Assembly: GCA_002718455.1 (NCBI GenBank)
Contig: PBER01000009.1
Location: 15,879 to 79,878, forward strand
Direction: 5' to 3'
Origin: Chloroflexota bacterium
Lineage (GTDB): Bacteria; Chloroflexota; Dehalococcoidia; Lucifugimonadales; Lucifugimonadaceae
DNA length: 64,000 nt
Part shown: in pieces, positions 48,466-57,505 of the stretch
Numbering within the stretch: the stretch's first letter is position 1
How the letters are laid out: the number at the start of each line of letters is the position of its first letter
Notes under the pieces: generated by a model
Database searches by the model: none
What the model was told of the DNA's origin: nothing
Seen by the model: the letters and a program-made list of their open reading frames with translations, nothing else
Position numbers and translations under genes: made by a program

Positions 48466-50166
48466 TTATTCCAATTCACCGGGTCTAGTTCTTGTTGGAG
48501 TATACATTTTTTCCAAAGGTTTGGAATTATTATATACTGCAGTCATGATTTCTTGTTCAAAATATTTCAAAGCAGATGATATTGGATTAAATCCTAATTG
48601 TCCATGACCACATAAAGATCCAATTTTCATGCTATTTCCAATACGTTGTAGAAGCTTTAAATCATCTGGTTTACTTTTTGAATTACATAATCTTTCCAAA
48701 ACATCTAGCATATGGGTATTCCCCAGTCGACAAGGGAAACATTTTCCACATGATTCAAATTGATTAAATGCTACAAGATTTCTTATGAGATCTACAACAG
48801 AAACTGATTCATCACAAACAATAATCCCTCCTGAACCTAGTATTGCTCCTGTTTGCGACATTTCATCAAAATCTATTTTTGTATCAAAAGCATCTTTACC
48901 TAACACACCTCCTAAAGGCCCTCCAGTTTGTAACATTTTAATATCTGAAGAATTTGATCCTCCACCTCCTAAATCAGTAAGGACTTCATTAATGGTCATT
49001 CCCATAGGTATCTCATACATTCCAGGTCTTTTAAGATGTCCAGTTAAACAAACTATGGCTGTTCCTGTAGATTTTTCTGTACCAGTTCCTTTAAACCATT
49101 CCGATCCTTGTTTTATTATTTCGGGGACATAAGAAATCGTCTTTACATTGTTAATATTAGTTGGCTTTTTCCAAAGTCCTGAAGCAGCAGGGAATGGAGG
49201 CTTAAATCTTGGTGTAGATCTTTTTCCTTCAATTGCTTCCATCAATGCTGTTTCTTCTCCTGCTACATATGAATCACCTGTTAGAGAAACTTCCATTTCA
49301 AAATTAAAATCTGATCCTAAAATGTTCTTACCTAATATCCCATTTGTATAAGCTTCTTTGATTGCTCTTTCTACAGCATTTATTGGAATATCATGTCCTT
49401 GTCTTATAAAAACATATGAATGAGTGGATTTTGTAGCATAACCATTGAGGATCAGACCTTCAATTAAAGTATGAGGATCTGTTTCTAAAATACCTTTATC
49501 ATTGAATGCTCCAGGATCGCCTTCTTCAGAATTACATAGAACATATTTTATTGGATCAGTACTTGGGGCTAGAAAACTCCATTTTAGACCGGTTGGAAAA
49601 GCTGCTCCTCCCCTACCTCTAAGGCCAGAATTTTTAACCTCTTCGAGCACATCTTCAGGGTTCATTTCAAACAAAGCTTTATTTAATGCACTATAACCAT
49701 CTTTTGCAATGTATTGAAAAAGATCACCTGGAGTAATTTCTCCAAAATTTCTAGTAGCTATTCTTAGTTGTTTTGAAAATTGGGGTAAATCATGAAGTTT
49801 TGGAATTTTTGTTGAAATAGTTTCATTTGATTCATAAGCAAAACAATTTTCTTCATAAAAATTTTCGCTATTTTGATAATGATCAAATATGTCGTTTGCA
49901 ATAGATTCAGTCATGTTGCCATAATAGAATTTATTATCATTTTGATGAACAACAATTATGGGCTCTAAATACATAAATCCCATAGAACCAACTTCTAAAA
50001 TAGTAGTTTTATCATTCGTTTTAGATAGTAGAGACTTTAAAATTTCATCAGCACCTAGAGCTTGTCCAGAAGTGCCTGTTTGTACCTTTATAACCAATTT
50101 GTTTTGATAAAGTTTATCAATATGAGCTTTAGCTTGATCTTTTAATTGTAAATATTTTTCAGTCAT
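48466..50166 (-). CDS. NuoF/HoxF-like NADH-binding flavoprotein subunit
   Basis: 566 aa. GRGGAAFPTG FMN/NADH site, the N3 cluster motif SCGKCFPCR, and an N-terminal extension of roughly 150 aa. Confidence 0.9.
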   Translation of the reverse strand: MTEKYLQLKDQAKAHIDKLYQNKLVIKVQTGTSGQALGADEILKSLLSKTNDKTTILEVGSMGFMYLEPIIVVHQNDNKFYYGNMTESIANDIFDHYQNSENFYEENCFAYESNETISTKIPKLHDLPQFSKQLRIATRNFGEITPGDLFQYIAKDGYSALNKALFEMNPEDVLEEVKNSGLRGRGGAAFPTGLKWSFLAPSTDPIKYVLCNSEEGDPGAFNDKGILETDPHTLIEGLILNGYATKSTHSYVFIRQGHDIPINAVERAIKEAYTNGILGKNILGSDFNFEMEVSLTGDSYVAGEETALMEAIEGKRSTPRFKPPFPAASGLWKKPTNINNVKTISYVPEIIKQGSEWFKGTGTEKSTGTAIVCLTGHLKRPGMYEIPMGMTINEVLTDLGGGGSNSSDIKMLQTGGPLGGVLGKDAFDTKIDFDEMSQTGAILGSGGIIVCDESVSVVDLIRNLVAFNQFESCGKCFPCRLGNTHMLDVLERLCNSKSKPDDLKLLQRIGNSMKIGSLCGHGQLGFNPISSALKYFEQEIMTAVYNNSKPLEKMYTPTRTRPGELE

Positions 50167-50167
50167 T

Positions 50168-50686
50168 TTATTTAGTTAATTTATTAATCAATTGATCTAC
50201 TTTGTTCTTGGTCATCTTACCATGCATTTTATGATTAACAGCAAAAACTGGGCTTTGTGCACAAGCACCTAAACACGTAGAATACCTTAAGGTAACTTTG
50301 CCATCTTTGGTTTCTCCTTCACCGTTAATCTCTAATTGATCGTGTGCTTGGCCGATTAGTTTTTGTGATCCACTAATATGACATGTAGGGCCCCAACAAA
50401 CATCCAATGTATTATTTCCAGGAGGAGTAAATCTAAAATTAGTATAAAATGAGGCAACGCTCCAAACATCATTAATTGTTACTTTGCAATGTACCGCGGT
50501 TTCTTCTATTGCTTCTTCTGGTAAAAAATGCAAAGAGTCTTGAATCGCTATCAAAGAAGACAAAACTGTCACGGTTTTTCTTTTTTGATTAGAAATGATT
50601 TCTCTAATACGAATTCTAATATTTTCAGAATCACTTTTATTTTTTGGCAAATACACTCCTGAATTCTTCAAATTTAATTCTAGCAA
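50168..50686 (-). CDS. NuoE/HoxE-like thioredoxin-fold 2Fe-2S subunit
   Basis: 172 aa. Cys pattern VCWGPTCH ... CLGACAQSP. Confidence 0.9.
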   Translation of the reverse strand: MLELNLKNSGVYLPKNKSDSENIRIRIREIISNQKRKTVTVLSSLIAIQDSLHFLPEEAIEETAVHCKVTINDVWSVASFYTNFRFTPPGNNTLDVCWGPTCHISGSQKLIGQAHDQLEINGEGETKDGKVTLRYSTCLGACAQSPVFAVNHKMHGKMTKNKVDQLINKLTK

Positions 50687-50727
50687 TAGTAAATATCAGT
50701 AACAAGATATTTAAGGGTAAAAAGGAA

Positions 50728-51504
50728 TTATTTACTTTTTAGATTTTTAGCAATTTTCATATCTTCTGAGATATCTCTTAAAATAGTAGGACTAACTACA
50801 AGATCTTGAACAATTGTCCTTTGTGGCATTCTCATACACAAAAGTATAGCTTCTGCAATGTCCTCAGGTTGCATCATACTTGCTCTTGCTTTTGCATCAG
50901 GAGGAAGAGGTCTATTATCTAAAATAGGAGTATCTACTTCTGCGGGATAGATTGTACAACTTCTTATACCATACTCTCTTAATTCTTGTCTCATAGCTGT
51001 CATCATCGCTGCTACAGCAGCTTTGGCTGATGAATAAGGGATTCCACCCATTAGACCTGGAGTTATCGCTGCCATTGAAGAAACAGTTACAATTGTTCCT
51101 TCCTTATTTTTTATCATATTAGGAAGGATGGCTTGAGTTAATCGATATACCCCTTCTACATTAACATTAAATACTGATTGCCAATCTTCTTTATCAACAT
51201 ATCTTAATGCTCTAACTTTACTACTATGACCTGCATTATTAATTAAATATTGGATGTTTCCAAATTCTTGTATAGCAACATTTGCAACGTTTGCTGCTGC
51301 ATCTCCATCCTCTAAGTCTGCAGATATATATGCCCCCTTCCCTCCAGCTTCTTCAATTTCTTTAACAGTTTCTATCAACAAGTTTTCACGTCTACCAACG
51401 ATAAAAACATTAGCTCCCATTTCTCCTAACATTTTTGCTGTTGTTCGACCGATTCCAGTTCCTGCACCTGTTAAAATTACAGATTTATTTTTTAATGAAT
51501 CCAT
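50728..51504 (-). CDS. short-chain dehydrogenase/reductase (SDR)
   Basis: 258 aa. TGAGTGIGR, NNAG and YSSAKAA motifs. Confidence 0.9.
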   Translation of the reverse strand: MDSLKNKSVILTGAGTGIGRTTAKMLGEMGANVFIVGRRENLLIETVKEIEEAGGKGAYISADLEDGDAAANVANVAIQEFGNIQYLINNAGHSSKVRALRYVDKEDWQSVFNVNVEGVYRLTQAILPNMIKNKEGTIVTVSSMAAITPGLMGGIPYSSAKAAVAAMMTAMRQELREYGIRSCTIYPAEVDTPILDNRPLPPDAKARASMMQPEDIAEAILLCMRMPQRTIVQDLVVSPTILRDISEDMKIAKNLKSK

Positions 51505-51540
51505 TAATCTCTCCTTAAAATTTAATTAATTTGTTTACCA

Positions 51541-53205
51541 TTATTCACCATGCGATCCTGACAACCAATCACCGTAAACAGGGTATTGAATACATATAAA
51601 TTCTATATATGCAGGTTGTCCTTTTTGGTTTGCTATAAGTGCTCTTTCAATCGCAGGAATTATGTCTTTAGGTTCAAATATTCTTTCAGAATGTAATCCC
51701 ATTTGTTTGAGTACTTTAGACATATCTACTGAATCGTAATTTAAAACTTTATGAGTATAGGGATCATGACCTTCACCCCAAAATCCAGGACCATATCCTG
51801 AAAATCCTCCATTACTAATATGTAGAACAGTAATACCAATTTTCTCACGAACTGGAACCTCTAGGTTACCAAGCATATATCCTAAGCCAGCTTCCCCTGT
51901 CACAGCAATTGAATCTCTATCAGGAAATGCGATTTTTGCTGCCATTGCTGCAGGTAAACTAAATCCTAAAGAAGAAACATTCCCCCAACCCAAAAAACCT
52001 CTGGGGATTAATGTTTGGTAAACGGTACTAAGTTGATCTCTTGTATTACCGGATTCATGCGTTACAAATGAGTTTTTAGGATCTAGAACTTGCATCATAT
52101 CAGCATAAACTCTATATGGATTTATTGGAGTATCCAAAGATGATAGGGCATCTGAGTAAATATCATCATCTTTTTGGCGCTCAATTTGAATCTCTTTTAT
52201 TCTATTAGGAGAAGAAATGCCAACTCCAGAGGTTTTTGTTTCTAATTCAGTAATTAAAGACTTAAGTATTAATTTTGCATCCCCTAACAAAGCATGTGTT
52301 GTAGGATAGATTTTGTTTAAATGGTTCTCGTTTATGTTACAAACTATAATTTTTTTATTAGTTGCATCAGGAATTGCATGCGAAAATCTTCCAGGTGAAA
52401 GACTAGAGCCAACAGATATAACAACATCACTTTTTAAAATATAGTGTTCTGTATGTTTTCCTCTTACTCCCAATGATAATGGATGATTTTCAGGAAAAGC
52501 TCCTTTAGCCTTCAATGTGGTAACTACAGGAATATTCGATAGTTCAGCAAAAGCTAATAATTCATCAGTTCCTCCAGAATATAAAATACCTTCTCCAACA
52601 TATAGGATTGGATCGGTTGCTTGAATAATAGTTTCTAATGCAATTGAAACGTCTTCGGAATCTGGAACACTTTTCCAAGTTTTAACAGTCCTATATGGAT
52701 CTAAAGTTTCATCATATTGAGCAGCTGGATTAGGAACTGCAATTATAACAGGGCCTGGAGGTCCATTACGTAACATTGAAAATGCTCGTCGCATAAATTC
52801 ATGTGTTCTTTCTGGCACATCAATATACCCATACCATTTAGAAACAGATTTTAGACTTGTAGTAACATCAAATTCACTATTTTCAGAGTTACCTAAAGGG
52901 ACTCCATCTGTAATGCAAAGGACTGGAGAATTGTCTTCATATGCTTGCGCTAATCCTGCATATGCAACTTGAAGACCTGCAGCATTAACTCCTCCTTGAA
53001 CAGTACATACCCCAATATTTTTTCCAGACGTAATTCTAGAGAAACTATCAGCTAATGCAATAGCATAACGATCGTCACGCATCATAATCATAGGCATTTT
53101 TTCTTTCCCCAAGTAATTATTCACTCTACAAACTGGAAAAGTAGATACCCATTCTATTCCTTCTTCTTTCAAAACTTTTGCTATTCCAGTACCTACATCA
53201 ATCAT
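51541..53205 (-). CDS. thiamine-diphosphate-dependent enzyme (acetolactate synthase / sulfoacetaldehyde acetyltransferase-like)
   Basis: 554 aa. Three-domain TPP layout with a C-terminal TPP-binding region TGEAGLGYM...ISNGG. Confidence 0.8.
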   Translation of the reverse strand: MIDVGTGIAKVLKEEGIEWVSTFPVCRVNNYLGKEKMPMIMMRDDRYAIALADSFSRITSGKNIGVCTVQGGVNAAGLQVAYAGLAQAYEDNSPVLCITDGVPLGNSENSEFDVTTSLKSVSKWYGYIDVPERTHEFMRRAFSMLRNGPPGPVIIAVPNPAAQYDETLDPYRTVKTWKSVPDSEDVSIALETIIQATDPILYVGEGILYSGGTDELLAFAELSNIPVVTTLKAKGAFPENHPLSLGVRGKHTEHYILKSDVVISVGSSLSPGRFSHAIPDATNKKIIVCNINENHLNKIYPTTHALLGDAKLILKSLITELETKTSGVGISSPNRIKEIQIERQKDDDIYSDALSSLDTPINPYRVYADMMQVLDPKNSFVTHESGNTRDQLSTVYQTLIPRGFLGWGNVSSLGFSLPAAMAAKIAFPDRDSIAVTGEAGLGYMLGNLEVPVREKIGITVLHISNGGFSGYGPGFWGEGHDPYTHKVLNYDSVDMSKVLKQMGLHSERIFEPKDIIPAIERALIANQKGQPAYIEFICIQYPVYGDWLSGSHGE

Positions 53206-54513
53206 TTATTTTCCTTTCATTATTAATTTTGAAACATTTTCACCTAAATCCACAGAGTAATTTGTTCCTCTGTCTTCGGGATAAATTTGCGCTGTATTAG
53301 CACAATATAGACCATTAACAGGTAATTCTATAGGTATTTTATATGAAGAATAATTAATTGGAATAATAGGTTGAGCATAATTTATTTTATTAAAACGATG
53401 TTCTATAATCCAATCTTTATTAAATTTTGAATTTATTTTTTTTAAATATGGTTCATATTCTTTATAAACTTCATTGAAATTCTTTGATAGGAGCGGATGA
53501 TCACCTTCTACATAATTGGTTATATAAATAATATTATTATTGTTATATCTATACTTTGGAATAAGATTTGTATGTTCTATAACTCCTAGAAATGGGAAGT
53601 CTTTTTCAGCTATGCTCAACCAATAATAGTTTGATAATTTGTATTTTGAAACAATTATCATCACCACAGCAGCCATATAATCTACTTTTTTAGAATTAAT
53701 TAGAATTTGATCAGGAAGTTTTACAATTTTATTTAAAATATGATAAGGAACAGTAGATATTACTGAATCAAATTTATTTGTTTTTTCTTCTGTTGAATTT
53801 TTAACATTTATAGATTCTACTTTATTATTCTTGATATTTATTTTGGTAACAATATGGTTTAATTTTATTGATCCATTGTTACTTTCAATAGTTTCTACCA
53901 AAGTTTCTATTAAACTTTTAAATGAATTTTTTGGATAGCATAATATCTCTTGAAATTTATGATTTCTTGAAGCAACTCTAGTTTGTAATTTTGACCAAAA
54001 CCAAGGAAGTGAAATTGTTTTATAATATCTTCCGAATTTTCCTCTCAATAATGGTTCAAAAATAATTTCGAATGTTTTTTTTTCTACTTTATTTTTTAAC
54101 CAATCATAAGCAGTTATGTTTTCCAATTTTTTCCAATCTCTTATTAATTTCAGCCTGAGAGATATTAATAAGAGAGAGAATCTCTGTTTCATAGATAAAG
54201 GTCTTAATTTTAATATATCTAATATAGTTGTTGTAGGCCATATATTATTTTCGGTATAAGTAGCTACTGAAGATTTAAACCATTCTAATTCATCGGAGAT
54301 ATTAAGTTCTTTATAAAGTGTTAGAATGTGTGAATCAGATACAAATAAATGATGATATGCTTTTTCTAGATCATTTCCCGATATTTCCAATGTAGATGCT
54401 TGCCCACCATTAAATGAGCTGGCTTCGTATACAACTACTTCGTGCCCATTTCTTGTAAGTCTATAAGCAGCAGATAATCCAGTAATTCCAGAACCTATTA
54501 TTGCTATTTTCAT
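53206..54513 (-). CDS. FAD/NAD(P)-binding oxidoreductase (amine oxidase / phytoene desaturase-like)
   Basis: 435 aa. KIAIIGSGITGLSAAYRL dinucleotide motif. Directly abuts the TPP enzyme gene with 0-nt gap. Confidence 0.75.
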   Translation of the reverse strand: MKIAIIGSGITGLSAAYRLTRNGHEVVVYEASSFNGGQASTLEISGNDLEKAYHHLFVSDSHILTLYKELNISDELEWFKSSVATYTENNIWPTTTILDILKLRPLSMKQRFSLLLISLRLKLIRDWKKLENITAYDWLKNKVEKKTFEIIFEPLLRGKFGRYYKTISLPWFWSKLQTRVASRNHKFQEILCYPKNSFKSLIETLVETIESNNGSIKLNHIVTKINIKNNKVESINVKNSTEEKTNKFDSVISTVPYHILNKIVKLPDQILINSKKVDYMAAVVMIIVSKYKLSNYYWLSIAEKDFPFLGVIEHTNLIPKYRYNNNNIIYITNYVEGDHPLLSKNFNEVYKEYEPYLKKINSKFNKDWIIEHRFNKINYAQPIIPINYSSYKIPIELPVNGLYCANTAQIYPEDRGTNYSVDLGENVSKLIMKGK

Positions 54514-55478
54514 AAATCTTTTTTAGATAGATAAAATTTTTCTAATATGATAATTATAATGCCCAAAAAAGTGATTGGTATCCACAGCACTAAATGAACA
54601 ACAATTATAATCGATCCAGAAATCACAGAATTTATACCAAAAGCGACCAGAGTTAAGGTGCCAAAAAATTCAAAATTACCAATATTACCAGGTAATGAAG
54701 GGATAATTCCAGAAAGATTCGTAATAGCACATACCATGAGAATTATAAAAAAGAGATTAAATAAGTTTATATTATCAATTAAATTGTAGGCAACAAAAAA
54801 ATATACCCCAGATTCAATTAACCAAATCGAAATAGACAAAATAAATATATAAAAATACAATTTAGAATTTCTTTTAACTAGAAAGAAAGAAAAAAGAGTT
54901 TTTATAAACATAAATATATTTTCGATCATAATTTTATAAATAGAAAATCTTTTAAGAAAAAAAATACCTATCATAAAAAGACAGAAAAGTATAAAAAGAT
55001 ATAAAAATGAACTTACGTAATCAAATTCATACACTTCAAGAAATTTTTTATCAACAAATATCAAGCTTATTAATATAAATATAAGCAAAGCTAAAACATC
55101 AGTGATTCTTTCTGTTAAAATTGTAGAAAGAATAGAAACATAATTAGTTTTTTCTCTCAAATTTATTCTTCTTGCTCTAAATAATTCTCCTATCCTAAAT
55201 GGTAAAATGTTGTTTGCCATATATCCTATTATTGTTTCATTTAACATATTAAATTTATAATTATTTAAAAGTTCTAAATATATAATTTTCCATCTTAGAT
55301 ATCTTAAAATGACGGAAGTAAAATAAATCAGGGAAGCAATTATAAAAACAGAATAATTTACACTAAAAATATGTTCCATTACCAAATTGAAATCATTTAT
55401 TAACGTATATAAACCTATAGCAAATAAAACTGAAAAAATTAACGAAATGATATTTGATTTGTTTAAAATTTTATTCAA
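54510..55478 (-). CDS. flippase-like / lysylphosphatidylglycerol-synthase-TM-region (UPF0104) family membrane protein
   Basis: 322 aa, about 8 TM segments. Assigned from topology and from its usual neighbourhood with GT-C-like proteins, so this is a tentative call. Confidence 0.55.
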   Translation of the reverse strand: MNKILNKSNIISLIFSVLFAIGLYTLINDFNLVMEHIFSVNYSVFIIASLIYFTSVILRYLRWKIIYLELLNNYKFNMLNETIIGYMANNILPFRIGELFRARRINLREKTNYVSILSTILTERITDVLALLIFILISLIFVDKKFLEVYEFDYVSSFLYLFILFCLFMIGIFFLKRFSIYKIMIENIFMFIKTLFSFFLVKRNSKLYFYIFILSISIWLIESGVYFFVAYNLIDNINLFNLFFIILMVCAITNLSGIIPSLPGNIGNFEFFGTLTLVAFGINSVISGSIIIVVHLVLWIPITFLGIIIIILEKFYLSKKDL

Positions 55479-57501
55479 GAGACTTAAACTCTTTAGATTT
55501 ATATAAAATTGCGTCTGAACTACCTAAATTGGAGTAAAATTTTTTAGAAATAAAAAAATCTTTAATCATTACTCTTTTATCATTATTTATAATTATTTCA
55601 AATATTTTATCAAAAGTTAAATTCCTATAATTATGTTCAGGAAACCATTTTCGATGTGAATAAGGTCTTCTAATATCATAAAAAGAAAGTGTTTTATCAG
55701 AAATCTTGTCAATTTGGTTTTTATTCATTAATAAAACATCGACTTCATACTCAATATTATCTACTGAAGAAGAGTCAAACCAAATAACATCTTTGAAATT
55801 TCTAAGGTACCACATCCATGGCCATGCAAATCCATCAGAAGTATCAACAGCAACAGAGATATTTGACGATTTGTTTTTAACATAATTTAAATTATTTAAT
55901 TCTTGTGAAATATAATGTAATTCTGAAGAAGTTTGTGTGTATATCAAAAGATCTCGTGGCTCATCAGAATGTTTAAATAAAAGCATATTAGTTGTTCGTA
56001 CTGTAAAGATAGAGAATATGATGAAGACCACAATAACGAAGCTAGTAATAAATAAATTAGGTTTAATTCCATATCTAAAATATGCGAACAAAGAAACTAA
56101 TATTATAAGTAAAAAAAACAAAAAGTCATAATATATACTTTGAGTAGAATTAGTGTAATCAGAAAAAAATAACCTTAATAAGAAAAATAAGATCAAGAAT
56201 GATGCAAATAATATAAATAAAAGAATTTCCTTGTTTATTTTAAGTATGTTTTTTATATTATCTGATAAGAAGATCCCAGTAATAAAAATAAATGGAATAG
56301 TAATATTAACGATTAACCAAGGCATTTTTTCTCCTGCTAAGGTGAATGCTAATAAAGAATAAATAGAAATAAATCCAAAATATTTTTTTGTAAAATCACC
56401 TTTATACAAATAATAAAATGCTACAGGTAATCCAATAATAAAAGATAAGAATTCATATGATAAACATAATAAAAAGTAATAATATATCGGCTGGCTACCA
56501 CGAGCAACTTCTTGTTGAGAAAGCCAATATCCTAAGGATTGCCACTGTCCAGATATAATACCACTCGGATTTATAAAAAAAGAGGTGAACATCAACACGT
56601 ATATTGTCAAAAAGATAATTGTTGAATTAATCCAAACTTTTTTATCCAGATATAATCCGATTGATAAAGAAATAATACATAGTATTGCAGTAATTATTAA
56701 TGACAGATATAAACCATTCCCTATGGGTAGCCCTGGAGGCATAGACGGATATCCCTCAGGAGCAGCAAGTATAAGTCCCAGAGATGATTGAAAAATAGCA
56801 ATTAATGGTGCAGCTAATGGTAAGGATACTGTAAATAAAATTAAGAAAAGTTTGGTATGGTTACTTATTTGTTTTATTGAAATTTTGGACATTAAAACAG
56901 ACAAAATATCTCTGTAAGAATAAGCAAAAAGAAAGAGTAAAATTCCAAAAAGATTAATATACATAGTTTCCTTAGTAGTAAATCCAAATGATAAAGAAGC
57001 AATTGATAAATACAGCCATTTGTTGTCAGAAGATTTTATATATTTAATTGTTGAAATCATAAACATAATAAAAAAAACAGCAATAAAGATATCATTTCTT
57101 GCGAACCTAGAGAAATACGCAATAGAAGGAGAAAAAATAAGCATTAAAGAAATAAGAAAAGTACTCAAACGACCTAGTTCATTTCTAAATAAAAATGGTA
57201 AGAACACAACCAATAAACCAAAAATTGCAAACGGTAATCTTAAAGTTAAATTAGAATCTCCGAATAACCAAAAAAAAGAAGAAATGAAATTAAAGAGAAA
57301 CATCCCATGTGTAAGAGGGTTATGATGGAAAATATCACCTAATGAAGTAGTATATGCAAAATAGCCGTGTAGACTCTCATCATGATGAATTGCTCGATCA
57401 GTAAGTTTATAAAATCGATAAAAAAGAGTAGTTGATAGCAGAAATAAAAACGTTATCAAATCTAATTTATTTATAAATAAGGTTCTAATTTTCTCAAACA
57501 T
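55471..57501 (-). CDS. polytopic membrane protein, TIGR03663-like (N-terminal similarity to PMT/ArnT GT-C glycosyltransferases)
   Basis: 676 aa with more than 12 TM segments. The N-terminal loop AIHHDESLHGYFAY carries the DE and HG residues recalled as invariant for TIGR03663. Confidence 0.65.
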   Translation of the reverse strand: MFEKIRTLFINKLDLITFLFLLSTTLFYRFYKLTDRAIHHDESLHGYFAYTTSLGDIFHHNPLTHGMFLFNFISSFFWLFGDSNLTLRLPFAIFGLLVVFLPFLFRNELGRLSTFLISLMLIFSPSIAYFSRFARNDIFIAVFFIMFMISTIKYIKSSDNKWLYLSIASLSFGFTTKETMYINLFGILLFLFAYSYRDILSVLMSKISIKQISNHTKLFLILFTVSLPLAAPLIAIFQSSLGLILAAPEGYPSMPPGLPIGNGLYLSLIITAILCIISLSIGLYLDKKVWINSTIIFLTIYVLMFTSFFINPSGIISGQWQSLGYWLSQQEVARGSQPIYYYFLLCLSYEFLSFIIGLPVAFYYLYKGDFTKKYFGFISIYSLLAFTLAGEKMPWLIVNITIPFIFITGIFLSDNIKNILKINKEILLFILFASFLILFFLLRLFFSDYTNSTQSIYYDFLFFLLIILVSLFAYFRYGIKPNLFITSFVIVVFIIFSIFTVRTTNMLLFKHSDEPRDLLIYTQTSSELHYISQELNNLNYVKNKSSNISVAVDTSDGFAWPWMWYLRNFKDVIWFDSSSVDNIEYEVDVLLMNKNQIDKISDKTLSFYDIRRPYSHRKWFPEHNYRNLTFDKIFEIIINNDKRVMIKDFFISKKFYSNLGSSDAILYKSKEFKSLE

Positions 57502-57505
57502 AATT

